Shown piece by piece: positions 7,874 to 17,089 of a stretch of 64,000 nucleotides of DNA. Both the position numbers and the translations under genes were made by a program. The stretch covers positions 1,314 through 65,313 of IMG/VR virus record IMGVR_UViG_3300032093_000109; one strand, written 5' to 3'. The notes beneath the pieces are model-generated. The model made no database searches, had not been told where the DNA came from, and saw only the letters and a program-made list of their open reading frames with translations. This DNA is from a virus (lineage: Duplodnaviria > Caudoviricetes). Each line of letters starts with the position of its first letter. Within the stretch, counting starts at the first letter, position 1.

Positions 7874-8785
7874 TTAGTTCGAACCGGGCGAACCGTACAT
7901 TCCGAGGGCGTCACTCCATCCGAATGAATAACGCTCTCTACTTTTGTACCTAACGTTCCCGGTATCGAAGTCCCCGTCCATGGAATTTTGCAGCGGGGTA
8001 CGCACAAAATGCTTCAAGCCGTTTGGAACGTCGGTGCACAGGAACCAAGCGTTGTTGTCGGTCAAGAAGTGGTTGACGGCATAGCCTTCAGGGATCGAGC
8101 CCATTGCTTTCAACGCGTTCAAGTCGTTGTCAGCAGTGGCCACACGCAGCTCGGTGTCAAGCAGACGCTTGGCAACGAACATCAGTGCAGGAGGCACGAC
8201 CAGCTTGCGGGGCTTGGCAGCGATCAACAGACCACGTTCGTCAGTCCACGCAGCGATCTGGATAACGGCGGCTTCCAAGGAAGTCTCGTTCAAATCGGAG
8301 GCGACTGCAGGACGGTTGCTGTTGGTACCACCAGAGACCAAGGGGTGCGCGGTGCTGAACAAAGAAACGCCGTCGCCACCAGTGTAGCTGCCGGAGAAAC
8401 CGTTGTTCAAGATCGAAGCGGCCTTGACCTGCTTGGTGTATGCCATGGCACGGGCCAAAGCCTTGGTGTAGCGGCTGGACAAGCTGTCATACAGGTTGTC
8501 TTCCACAGCTTCTTCAGTGATGGAGAAGCCCAAAGCGATGGTTTCGTGGGTGTAACGTGCGGTGAAGGCTTCCTGCGCATTGTCATAAGCAATAGCGGCA
8601 CCTTCGGACTTAACCGGGGCAGCGCTGAAGCCAGACAGCTTGGTTTCTTCTTCGAACGAACGCTCGGAGGTTTCGGTTTCGAAAATCTCTTTGTGTTCTT
8701 CGCCGTACTTTGCATACTCCAAACCGAACAAGGCGTTCAGGCCGGGGAGCAATTCTTTCAGCAGTTGTGCGCGTGAAATAGCCAT
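7874..8785 (-). CDS. major capsid protein (Mu-like gpT family)
   Basis: MAISRAQLLKELLPGLNALFG...DGVSLFSTAHPL...LVVPPAL...DFDTGNVRYK.RERYSFGW.D; highly biased codons. Confidence 0.9.
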   Translation of the reverse strand: MAISRAQLLKELLPGLNALFGLEYAKYGEEHKEIFETETSERSFEEETKLSGFSAAPVKSEGAAIAYDNAQEAFTARYTHETIALGFSITEEAVEDNLYDSLSSRYTKALARAMAYTKQVKAASILNNGFSGSYTGGDGVSLFSTAHPLVSGGTNSNRPAVASDLNETSLEAAVIQIAAWTDERGLLIAAKPRKLVVPPALMFVAKRLLDTELRVATADNDLNALKAMGSIPEGYAVNHFLTDNNAWFLCTDVPNGLKHFVRTPLQNSMDGDFDTGNVRYKSRERYSFGWSDALGMYGSPGSN

Positions 8786-8799
8786 GATTTAGCTCCTTA

Positions 8800-9483
8800 T
8801 TAGACGCCGGTTGGGTTGAGGTACTGATGACCACCTGCCAACGAGACAGAAGCAGTTTCAGCGGTGAAGTCGATGGTAATCGCGGCGGAAGGTGCGTTCC
8901 ACTTGCAGATCAATTCGACGAAGTTGCCAGACGAGTTGGCAGTGTCCACAACCACGTCAACGATGCGGATAGGCAGCGTAGCGGTGGTAGTAGCGCCAGC
9001 AGCGGTGTAAACACCGATCTTGCTGTCACCAGAGGTGGTCGAGCCAGCGTTCTGGACCAAAGCGGCGTTGCTGCCAATAACGGTACGACCCAAGTATGCG
9101 GGGAGCAAACCGGAGGCGGTGTCATCGGCGGTGGTGCCAGCGACCAAGACGGCCTTAAACAGGACATCTGGATCATCAACAACGAAAGCCACAGCATCAG
9201 CAGCCACAGTGCCGGTGGGCCAGAACTGTTGGAATTGCAGTTGCTTGGTGGATGGGTTGGTGAATGAGCAGCCCATGAAGATACCCACAGGGGTAGCTGT
9301 AGAGGTGCCGGTGTCTTTTTCGATGACACCACCAGAAACAATCTTGACCACGTCGCCGTAGAAGATGTTCGCTGCATAGCCGCTGGCAATGCTGAATGCA
9401 CGGGTTGAACCGGCATAGACTTGACCACCGATCAGATTGATCGGCTTCAGTCCGTAGGGAGCAGAAACGACAGGATATGTCAT
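8800..9483 (-). CDS. capsid-associated structural protein
   Basis: APYGLKP...IFYGDVV...GIF.GC...VVDDPD; immediately upstream of the major capsid gene. Confidence 0.7.
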   Translation of the reverse strand: MTYPVVSAPYGLKPINLIGGQVYAGSTRAFSIASGYAANIFYGDVVKIVSGGVIEKDTGTSTATPVGIFMGCSFTNPSTKQLQFQQFWPTGTVAADAVAFVVDDPDVLFKAVLVAGTTADDTASGLLPAYLGRTVIGSNAALVQNAGSTTSGDSKIGVYTAAGATTTATLPIRIVDVVVDTANSSGNFVELICKWNAPSAAITIDFTAETASVSLAGGHQYLNPTGV

Positions 9484-9495
9484 AGGGTTTCTCCG

Positions 9496-9945
9496 TTATT
9501 TAGAACCTGAACCAAACCCACGGCCCTTGCTCGTACGTGATTCACGCTCACTGAACAGGGGCATACGCGGGTCACTATTGCGCATGAAGTTGTTATCCAC
9601 AGAATCCACCTGCGCCTCGGCTTGTTTTTGGTAGTACTCGTCACGGGCAACCATCATTTCTGAAGGAGCTCGGCAGAGCATCAAACCGCCAACTTCCACA
9701 TTACCTTCCTTGTTGCCTTGCAGCATCAATTCTGGGTGGTCGCTTGCTTTCACGGGTTCCCAGCCATCACGCATCTTTTTGGACACGTTGGTTGGGTCCG
9801 GTTGTCCCATGATTGCGGTAGCAATCCATCGGAAAGCAACACCCGGTTGTGGGTCGGGCGCGGGCAAGGTGCTGGGAGGCACATACACTGCACGCATGGA
9901 TTTTTCGCGCGACACCAAGTCACGATTTGTACGAGCATCAGCCAT
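9496..9945 (-). CDS. conserved phage head-region protein
   Basis: LPAPDP..G..FRWI...D..NV...GWEPV...VGGLMLC pattern. Confidence 0.7.
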   Translation of the reverse strand: MADARTNRDLVSREKSMRAVYVPPSTLPAPDPQPGVAFRWIATAIMGQPDPTNVSKKMRDGWEPVKASDHPELMLQGNKEGNVEVGGLMLCRAPSEMMVARDEYYQKQAEAQVDSVDNNFMRNSDPRMPLFSERESRTSKGRGFGSGSK

Positions 9946-10894
9946 TTCGGTTCTCCATTTTCAACAGTTCAGCAGCGTATTGCTGCGGGGTAAGACCAAG
10001 TTTTTTTGCCAACGCCACTTGGGTGCTGGTTAACTTGACTTTGCTTGCGCCCGACGTGCGGGTTACAGCAGCCACCACTGTAGGTTTTCGTGGAGTAGCC
10101 GAGGATGTCTGACCGGAGTCTTCCACGCGGGATTGCGTGAACGCCTCTGGAAACTTCTCTCGCAAGCGAGCGTCGATATGCTCGTAGTAGGCGTCGCTTC
10201 TGGGGTCAACGCCGTTGTTGCGCAATTTTAGGTCCAGTCCCAGCGCGTAGCTGGTTAAGTCCTCGAATCCCTCAGCACCAAACCACTGGTTTTTTTGCTG
10301 CCAGCGCAGTGACTTTTCGTCAGGCTTGGAGGCTGCGGGTTGCGATGGGTTGATTTGTACAGCACTTTCACGCTCTTGTAAAGGTACTGGCTTGAAATTT
10401 TTTGCACTTTCAAGTTTTAACTTCGCGTCGAGCATCTTTTCCTGCGCGGCCATCATGGCGTCGTTGTCGTACGCCTCCTGTGCAGACTTGTACTCACGGC
10501 GAGCTGCGTCGAGCTCCATCTCCGCGTTCTTCGTCATGGTTTGGGCGTAAGCCTCGGTACCGGTGTTGACGTATCCGCGCAGCTTTTTGTTCTCTTCGAT
10601 CAACTGCTGGGCCACGCGCAGGGCTTCTTCGCGCTCACGAACAGCGGCTTCCTTGGCCCGACGCTCATCGTGACGTGCGTGGGTCAGCTCTTTGATGCGC
10701 TGCTGGGAGCGAGCACCGTACTCTTCGAGCTCGTCTTCGGTTGGGTCCTCAACCTTCTTGTTCAGAGGCTGTCGGCCGCGATCTGCAGGGGGTGTGTCGT
10801 CAACGATCTCGACTTCAAAGTCTTCTTCGTCGGCCCCCGTATTGGGTTTTTTGTCCTCGACTTCGTCGGGGAACTTAAAGTTATCTGGGTCCAT
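9938..10894 (-). CDS. capsid scaffolding protein
   Basis: Acidic N-terminus, long coiled coil, W..KN.WFG, VKLT..QVALAKKLG C-terminus; between portal and capsid genes. Confidence 0.7.
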   Translation of the reverse strand: MDPDNFKFPDEVEDKKPNTGADEEDFEVEIVDDTPPADRGRQPLNKKVEDPTEDELEEYGARSQQRIKELTHARHDERRAKEAAVREREEALRVAQQLIEENKKLRGYVNTGTEAYAQTMTKNAEMELDAARREYKSAQEAYDNDAMMAAQEKMLDAKLKLESAKNFKPVPLQERESAVQINPSQPAASKPDEKSLRWQQKNQWFGAEGFEDLTSYALGLDLKLRNNGVDPRSDAYYEHIDARLREKFPEAFTQSRVEDSGQTSSATPRKPTVVAAVTRTSGASKVKLTSTQVALAKKLGLTPQQYAAELLKMENRNG

Positions 10895-10903
10895 GATCTC
10901 TCC

Positions 10904-11314
10904 TTAAACGCGCATGATGCCGCGAGGGTCTTGCACAACGGCGTCGATCTGGTCGTCGTTCAACAACCGGAACTCACTGCCGAAAATCTTGAAGCGGGTA
11001 CCTGCATACGCACGCACCATCACAAAGTCGCCTTCTTTGCACCACGGGCCGGAGGGGAATTTCTCCTTGTCGCTGTACGCTTCGGGACCAACTTTGAGCA
11101 CCATCAGAACGACCGTCGTCTGCTCTTCCACCCGCATGACCGAGTCGGCCTTGAGGATGTTGGAGTTCTCAAACGTGTTCTTGGCGGTGGGGATTGCACA
11201 CAAGATGCGCCAGCCGGTTGGGTCCGGTAGCATGCGTGCTTTTTCGGCAGGAGATGCGTCTTCGTCAGGCATCTGAACCGTTTCGATCACAGGAGAGTCG
11301 AGTGTTTCACTCAT
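10904..11314 (-). CDS. groES: GroES-like co-chaperonin
   Basis: P.GWRIL...V.KVGP.AY...GPWCKEGD.V..RAYAG...EFRLLNDD.I.AVV. Confidence 0.8.
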   Translation of the reverse strand: MSETLDSPVIETVQMPDEDASPAEKARMLPDPTGWRILCAIPTAKNTFENSNILKADSVMRVEEQTTVVLMVLKVGPEAYSDKEKFPSGPWCKEGDFVMVRAYAGTRFKIFGSEFRLLNDDQIDAVVQDPRGIMRV

Positions 11315-11384
11315 TTTTTTCACTTTCACAGAGGCGTAGCAAACCGTGCTACGAGCGGCCCGTTGACCAGACGGGGAGCTGAGG

Positions 11385-11609
11385 TCAATTCAAGTCGTCG
11401 TCCATGTCGCCATTGGCTTTGCGGGCGGCGTGCACGATGTCCAAGATGTGGCGTTCAGCAACCGCCAGACCTCGAATGACACCACACAGTTCTTTGTACG
11501 CAGGAAAATCCTGACAAGCGCCGGTAGCAACGTCATCGGCGTAGTTGTTCATGTCCGTTCGAATTTTTTCTCGCAGCACACGGATGAACGCATCGGTTTC
11601 AGGGCTCAT
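11385..11609 (-). CDS. small conserved phage protein
   Basis: D..AY..LCGVIRGL motif, between portal and groES. Confidence 0.65.
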   Translation of the reverse strand: MSPETDAFIRVLREKIRTDMNNYADDVATGACQDFPAYKELCGVIRGLAVAERHILDIVHAARKANGDMDDDLN

Positions 11610-14029
11610 TGGTTACCTTTCGTATTACGTTGCATGGCCGTTATTTCGGAGATTTCCGTTTTGTCGGCCTTATCCAGTGCCTCGACAGCCAAACGCTGCT
11701 TGGCGAGTTCGGTCTGGTCTGCCTTGTTGGCGGCGTCCATTGCCAGACGCTGCTCTTCGATGGCGATTTTCTGGTTGCCCTGCTGAATTTTTGCCTGCGT
11801 CTCGGCATCCTTGCGAGCTTGCTCTTGCATCTGCATCTGGATGACGGGGTCTTGTGCTTGCTGTTGGGCTTGCTGTTGAGCCGCTTCTGCTTGATTTTTC
11901 TGCAGCAAACGGGTGGCGGCTTGCGCTGCCATCTGAGCAACCTTGGCCGCGACCTCGGGGTCCATGTTCTCGTTTTCTTCCTCCGAGGGCAGCAGAGCAC
12001 CCAACTGCTGCTCGATCTGCTTGCGGTACTCGAAGGCCATGTGCTCGTTGATGTGAGCCATTGCTGCCGCCTGAATCTGCTGGGCCATGGGGTTCTGGCC
12101 GATGAGCTGCGCCATCTTGGGGTCCTGCATCGCAGCCATGTGCACGGCGATGTGCGCTTGGTGGTCCTGCTCCAAGAACGCCTTGACGGGCTTGCCGTTG
12201 ATCAGGTCCATGTTCTCGCGCACGGGGTCTGTGGGCTTCTGGTCATCCTCGATTGGCACCAGCTTGTTGGCATCCTTGATACCCAGCACGTCAAGCATCT
12301 GGCGGTGCAAGAGCGGCAAGTTGTAAATCTGTGGCGACATCTGCGCCAGCTGGATCACCGCTTGGTACTGCACCACACGCTGCGCCAGAGTGGCCGCGTT
12401 GGGGTCGCTCACGGGAATGATCTCCACGTAGCTGAAGTCGGCCTTGCGTGCGTGCGGCTGTGCGTCTTCAACCTCGTAGTCGTAATCGTCGTCCGCGTAG
12501 TCGCGCATGATGGCGGCGAGCATCTTCAGCTCTTGCTTGAGCGAGAAGTGCACACGGGCCTGAATGGCAGACATCACTTTGAGGGTCCGCTCCAGAATAG
12601 CCAGTGTGGTGCCCACAGGAGCATTGGCTGACATGTCTGAAATCTTGTTGTCGGCCGAGGCCGCGAAGCGGCGGCCTTCCTCGACGATCTTGTCCATCAG
12701 GCCCGACAGGACCAGCGAAGGCTCCTTGTAAGGCAGCGGTAAGATGTTGTCGCGGATGTTGCCCGAGCCCACGTCCACGTCGCGGAACTCGCCCGGAGCG
12801 ATCGGGGTGTCGTCGCCCTTGATACGCAGGCCACGGGTCTTCAAACCACCGGGCAGGTTGCTCAGCGTACCAGCGTCAACCAGCTGACGCATCAGGCTGG
12901 TGGCGCTCTTGGCATAGCCGCCGATCAGGTGGAACAGACCGAAGCCGTACGAGCCGAAACCGGGGATGTACTGGTAGTGCACGAAGTGCTGACGCTTCAA
13001 GCGCAGGTTGTCGTCAGGGGACCAGTTGCGGCGGATGGCCAGAATGTCGTTGGTCGAGGTCAGCACCGTCACGATGTAAGGCAGGCCGATGCCTGTCTCC
13101 ACGCCGTTCTTGTCCTTGTCCTCAAAGCCGGGAAGGTCCAAGTCAACCTGAATCTCCAAGAGCTCGTAGCGGTCGTCGTTCATCGAGCTGAAGCCGGTCT
13201 CTTCGTCCTTGGCCTTGCGGATGTCGTCGATGTTGCGGGTGGGCTCGCCCAAGTCCACCTCACGGTAGAACCCGGCGTTCATCAGCTTGAGAATCTCGTT
13301 CTCGGTCTTACGCATCACGTGGGTGACGCGGTAGCAAGTGAAGATGTCCGTCACGCCGTAAGGCAGGATCACGTCCTCGGCAGGCACAAACACCGATGTC
13401 TGGCGACCCAAGCTGGGGTCGTAATAAACCTTCTTGAACGCAGAACCCGTGGCCGGCAGGCTCCAGAGCATGCGCTCGTGCTCAGGGCGGAACTCAACCA
13501 TGACCTCGGTCAACTGGTAGTTCATGTCCTCGGCAACGCGGCGGGCGGCTTCTTGCTTTTGCGTTGTCTGCTTGCCAACAATTTTTGTCATCACCGGGCC
13601 TTTGGCCGGGAATGTCTCCATGATGGTCTCGGACTGGAACCGCACAACGGCTTCAGTGATCATGGGGTGGAAGACGCCACAGGCACCGTTCCACGGCTCC
13701 GTGCGCTCCTCGTACTTCAGGCCCAGCAGCTTCAAGCCTTCCTTGTACGTCTCTTCCCAATCCTTGCGGCTGTCCTTGTCGTTCTTGACGTCATCGCTCA
13801 AGGTCTCGGCCAGCGCATGCAGGTCCTGCTCTTCCATGAACTCGGCGATGTTGGACTCGAAGTCATCAGCCGAAGGCTCACCGGGCTTCAAGCTGATCTC
13901 CAACCCGTCGATGCCGATGTTGACTTCCTCGGGGTCCACGATCTCAATCTCGATCGGGGACTCCTCTTCTGCAGCTTCATCAATGCCCATGGGGGCTTGG
14001 TATAGGGCTTTGTCAATGTTGGTCGCCAT
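11606..14029 (-). CDS. portal protein
   Basis: 807 aa; SRKDWE, GSAFKKVYYD, GFGL.HLIGG, RQLVDAGTLSNLP; Gln-rich C-terminal barrel; follows terL. Confidence 0.85.
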   Translation of the reverse strand: MATNIDKALYQAPMGIDEAAEEESPIEIEIVDPEEVNIGIDGLEISLKPGEPSADDFESNIAEFMEEQDLHALAETLSDDVKNDKDSRKDWEETYKEGLKLLGLKYEERTEPWNGACGVFHPMITEAVVRFQSETIMETFPAKGPVMTKIVGKQTTQKQEAARRVAEDMNYQLTEVMVEFRPEHERMLWSLPATGSAFKKVYYDPSLGRQTSVFVPAEDVILPYGVTDIFTCYRVTHVMRKTENEILKLMNAGFYREVDLGEPTRNIDDIRKAKDEETGFSSMNDDRYELLEIQVDLDLPGFEDKDKNGVETGIGLPYIVTVLTSTNDILAIRRNWSPDDNLRLKRQHFVHYQYIPGFGSYGFGLFHLIGGYAKSATSLMRQLVDAGTLSNLPGGLKTRGLRIKGDDTPIAPGEFRDVDVGSGNIRDNILPLPYKEPSLVLSGLMDKIVEEGRRFAASADNKISDMSANAPVGTTLAILERTLKVMSAIQARVHFSLKQELKMLAAIMRDYADDDYDYEVEDAQPHARKADFSYVEIIPVSDPNAATLAQRVVQYQAVIQLAQMSPQIYNLPLLHRQMLDVLGIKDANKLVPIEDDQKPTDPVRENMDLINGKPVKAFLEQDHQAHIAVHMAAMQDPKMAQLIGQNPMAQQIQAAAMAHINEHMAFEYRKQIEQQLGALLPSEEENENMDPEVAAKVAQMAAQAATRLLQKNQAEAAQQQAQQQAQDPVIQMQMQEQARKDAETQAKIQQGNQKIAIEEQRLAMDAANKADQTELAKQRLAVEALDKADKTEISEITAMQRNTKGNQ

Positions 14030-14038
14030 TTCGGTTCC

Positions 14039-14836
14039 TTAAATCAGTTTGCTACCACCGGCGTTGTCCACACGACCGCCGTTAGCGTAACCAATCAGTT
14101 TTTTCAAACCACCCAGCATGCCGTCTTCTTTTTCGGGCTGGCGGGTGTACGGGTCTATATCACGGGGGTCAAGGCGCGTTTGGCGCAGCCCGGTGACGGC
14201 GTTGTAAGTCTCGCGCACGTCCTTGTCTTTGAACAAGGTTTTACGAAGAACGGGGTCTTTTGTCAGGTCCACGTTCTGTGCAGCTTCCGTGCCAGCCAGT
14301 GTAGCAAGTATTTCGTAGAGGCCAACACGCCCTTGTTCGCGTATGAACTCAGGGTCCATGTACGCATTGTCGATGCCGTACTTTTCTTTCAAATACGGTG
14401 CCGATTCAATCAGACCATCCAAAAAAGCACCGCGCTTGCGTACGATCTGTGTGGTCGGTTTGTCCGAACCGTCGCCCAGAAGTTCTTCAAACTTGTCCCG
14501 CGTTAGCTGTGCAAACCCAAGGTTCTGGCGTGCGAGCAAGTGCTCAATCTCATGCGCTGCTGTGTCCGCTCCGGCGCTGGGGGCCTTAAACACGGTCTGT
14601 TCGCGTCGGCGGTTGTTGTCCTTCTCGCTGGCACGATTACTTCCTATGACAAACCCACGCGTGTTTGTGTCTTCCAAATACGGCAAGTCCCGCACCCGTA
14701 AGCCGGGTAAACCTGCGCCTGTGCTGGGCATCCGGTCGATCTTAGACGGCGAGGTCCTTGTGTCTCGCACGCCGACCTGCTGCATTGCCTGCAGCGTGGC
14801 CAAGTCCGGTGTGTAGTCGTCGTTTTGCTTTGCCAT
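14039..14836 (-). CDS. HExxH-containing protein with C-terminal YANGG motif
   Basis: AAHEIEHLL; ends GYANGGRVDNAGGSKLI; sits between terL and portal. Confidence 0.6.
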   Translation of the reverse strand: MAKQNDDYTPDLATLQAMQQVGVRDTRTSPSKIDRMPSTGAGLPGLRVRDLPYLEDTNTRGFVIGSNRASEKDNNRRREQTVFKAPSAGADTAAHEIEHLLARQNLGFAQLTRDKFEELLGDGSDKPTTQIVRKRGAFLDGLIESAPYLKEKYGIDNAYMDPEFIREQGRVGLYEILATLAGTEAAQNVDLTKDPVLRKTLFKDKDVRETYNAVTGLRQTRLDPRDIDPYTRQPEKEDGMLGGLKKLIGYANGGRVDNAGGSKLI

Positions 14837-14845
14837 CTGGACCCC

Positions 14846-16387
14846 TCAGTAGTACGCCGCACGCCGTGGGATGCGGTACATCAAATCTTCTTGCTCGTCG
14901 GAGTCTAACGCAATGAAGCCCCCCTGCCTATAGCGCAGGAGCGCCTGTGTGGTGGTGTCCACGTAGTCGTCGTGCTCGCCCACGGGGAAGGCTGCGATCT
15001 CCTCGATCACCTCCCGCGCCCAGCGGGTGTCGGGTGCCCACACCGTGCCGGAGGCAAACAAGTCAGCGACCGCGTTCAGACGCACCATCTTGTCGTTGCC
15101 CCGGCTGGGGCTGAACTCTTGTACGGGTATACCCGTAGCCCGCAGCTCTTGGATCAGCGGTGCACCCGCCGCCTTCTTTTCAACGATGAACGCATCTGGC
15201 TGCCATTCCTTCCAGTGCTTCAAGGCGCACTCCTTCAGCTCTGGGAACGTCATGCGGGCCTTAAAGGCGTCGAGCAGGATCAGGTTGGGCTTGCCCCCAG
15301 CCTCCTCGTTGTAGAAGACACCCCACGTGGTGCAGGCGCTGTAGTCGGAGTTGTTCTTGGTCTCAAAGGCCGTGTCCCAGCTCTGGATGATGTACTCGCA
15401 CGACGGCGGGTCGTCACGCTCCCATATACGCCACATCTTGCGCGAGACCAGCGCAGAGGTGTCCGATGTGGGCTGCTGCATGTACTGCGCGTTCCAGAAC
15501 CGGGGGTCCATGTTGGCCTTCTTGGACTGGAGCTGGTCCAGTGGCCACTGCTCTGGCCAGAGCGACTTCTCGTTCTCCTCACCCTCGTGCAGGATGGCCG
15601 GCAGCTCCACGATGTCCCAACGGTCGGCTTCGGGGTTGCGGGTCTGGAAGTCAAGCAGCCGCCCGGTCAGGTCCAAGAGACTCCAGCGGGTCATGATCAC
15701 GATGATCGCGCCACCGGGCATTAAGCGCTGCAAGGGGCCTGTTTGGAACCAATTCCACGCCGTGTCAAATGCTAGACGCGAGTTAATTTTGACGTCCTGC
15801 TCCGAGTGTGGATCGTCAATCACGAAGAGGTCGGCACCACGGCCGGCCAGCGCACCGCCCACACCCACCGCATAGTACTGGCCCCCGGACTGGGTGGACC
15901 ATTTGCCCGACGCCTTCTGGTCGGAGGCTACCAGTGTGCTGGGGTAGAGCTGGCGGTACTCATCCGTGTCAATCAAGTTCCTCACCCGGCGGCCAAAGTC
16001 CTCGGAGAGCGACGCGGTGTGCGTGCCCATGATGATCTTCTTCTCGGGGAAGCGCCCCATGAAGTAGGCCGGGAACAGGTAGGAGCTGAACTCGGACTTA
16101 CCCATACGAGGGGCGATGTTGATGATCACCCGCTTCTTCTTGCCCTCGACCACGTCGGTGAAGATTTTGGCCAGTTTGCGGTGATGAGCCCCCACCTTGA
16201 AGCCGGGGTAGACGTACTTGGCAAACTCAATCATGTCCGAGCGTCCAAGCACGTTGGACAAGCGCTTTTCGCGCTCTTCGAGCATCTCAAAGAGGTCCAT
16301 CTTCTCTTTGACGGTCATGGTCGGAAGCACCTTCTGGAGGGCTTCGAGCTCCCGCTTGGAGAGGGAGGTCAGTTGTTCAACGCGCAT
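14846..16387 (-). CDS. terL: terminase large subunit
   Basis: Walker A APRMGKS, Walker B FVIDDP, IMTRW motif III, nuclease SWDTA...HDDYVD. Confidence 0.95.
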   Translation of the reverse strand: MRVEQLTSLSKRELEALQKVLPTMTVKEKMDLFEMLEEREKRLSNVLGRSDMIEFAKYVYPGFKVGAHHRKLAKIFTDVVEGKKKRVIINIAPRMGKSEFSSYLFPAYFMGRFPEKKIIMGTHTASLSEDFGRRVRNLIDTDEYRQLYPSTLVASDQKASGKWSTQSGGQYYAVGVGGALAGRGADLFVIDDPHSEQDVKINSRLAFDTAWNWFQTGPLQRLMPGGAIIVIMTRWSLLDLTGRLLDFQTRNPEADRWDIVELPAILHEGEENEKSLWPEQWPLDQLQSKKANMDPRFWNAQYMQQPTSDTSALVSRKMWRIWERDDPPSCEYIIQSWDTAFETKNNSDYSACTTWGVFYNEEAGGKPNLILLDAFKARMTFPELKECALKHWKEWQPDAFIVEKKAAGAPLIQELRATGIPVQEFSPSRGNDKMVRLNAVADLFASGTVWAPDTRWAREVIEEIAAFPVGEHDDYVDTTTQALLRYRQGGFIALDSDEQEDLMYRIPRRAAYY

Positions 16388-17042
16388 CGGCGTCGGCCGG
16401 TGGGTCTACGGGGGCTTCACCTGCGTCCAGCGGGGTATCCGGCAGGTCATCAGGCAGGGGCTCATCCATTCCAGATACGTCCTCAGCGTCAATCACGCCC
16501 ATGAAGCGGTTGAGCTTTTCCTTGATCTTGGCGTCCAGATCAGAGTCAGAGAGCGCGGTCTTCTTGACCTCAATTCGCTCGGTAAACAGCGCCACTTCGG
16601 TGACTTTGCCCAGCATGTCAAGCGCCTTGAGACGAATTTTTGCGTCTGGGTGCTTGGTTTCCTCCAGAATCTGCGAGACGGCATAGCCGCGCAGCTCCTT
16701 GGCCTGCTCCATGAACTCCCAGTCATACGCGCTGAGCATGCCCACCAAGTGCTGTACCGCCTGCGGTACCTTGATCTGGGTCAGTTTCGTGCGTATGTCG
16801 AGCACATCGGTGCCGGACGTCATGGCTGTGAACGCCTCTCGCGCTGCTTGGCGCTGGGCATCATCTACTGCCGCGTCGGGGTCTACATCGTCGAAGCCCT
16901 CCAGAAATGCGCTGGTGGCCGCTTGTGCATCGACAATGCTGGCTGGGTCTGCCTTTGCCAAAGGCAAAAGCATCTTGGCGTCGTGCTGTTGCACGGCGGG
17001 GGTGAATTGCGTGGGGTCATCCACGATAAGGTGTTCAAGCAT
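16377..17042 (-). CDS. terS: terminase small subunit (probable)
   Basis: Directly upstream of and overlapping terL; RLKALDMLGK...LFTERIEV motif; likely start ATG 17042. Confidence 0.65.
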   Translation of the reverse strand: MLEHLIVDDPTQFTPAVQQHDAKMLLPLAKADPASIVDAQAATSAFLEGFDDVDPDAAVDDAQRQAAREAFTAMTSGTDVLDIRTKLTQIKVPQAVQHLVGMLSAYDWEFMEQAKELRGYAVSQILEETKHPDAKIRLKALDMLGKVTEVALFTERIEVKKTALSDSDLDAKIKEKLNRFMGVIDAEDVSGMDEPLPDDLPDTPLDAGEAPVDPPADADAR

Positions 17043-17053
17043 ATTTGCGTAGG

Positions 17054-17083
17054 TTGGCAACCTCGATGTACACAGTCTATACT
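17054..17083 (+). promoter_or_regulatory. sigma70 promoter for the sRNA, divergent from terS
   Basis: TTGGCA-18-TATACT, ending ~7 nt before the first sRNA hairpin. Confidence 0.6.
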
Positions 17084-17089
17084 ACCACC

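Noticed and set aside
7744-8007. N-terminal extension of the HNH ORF / capsid-HNH frameshift fusion
   Set aside because: It crosses a strong terminator; a good promoter, RBS and ATG exist at 7743-7796
11609-14042. Long plus-strand ORFs opposite portal (and similar ones opposite terL, capsid, polA and the giant gene)
   Set aside because: Antisense shadows of GC3-biased genes, with no RBS or recognisable motifs
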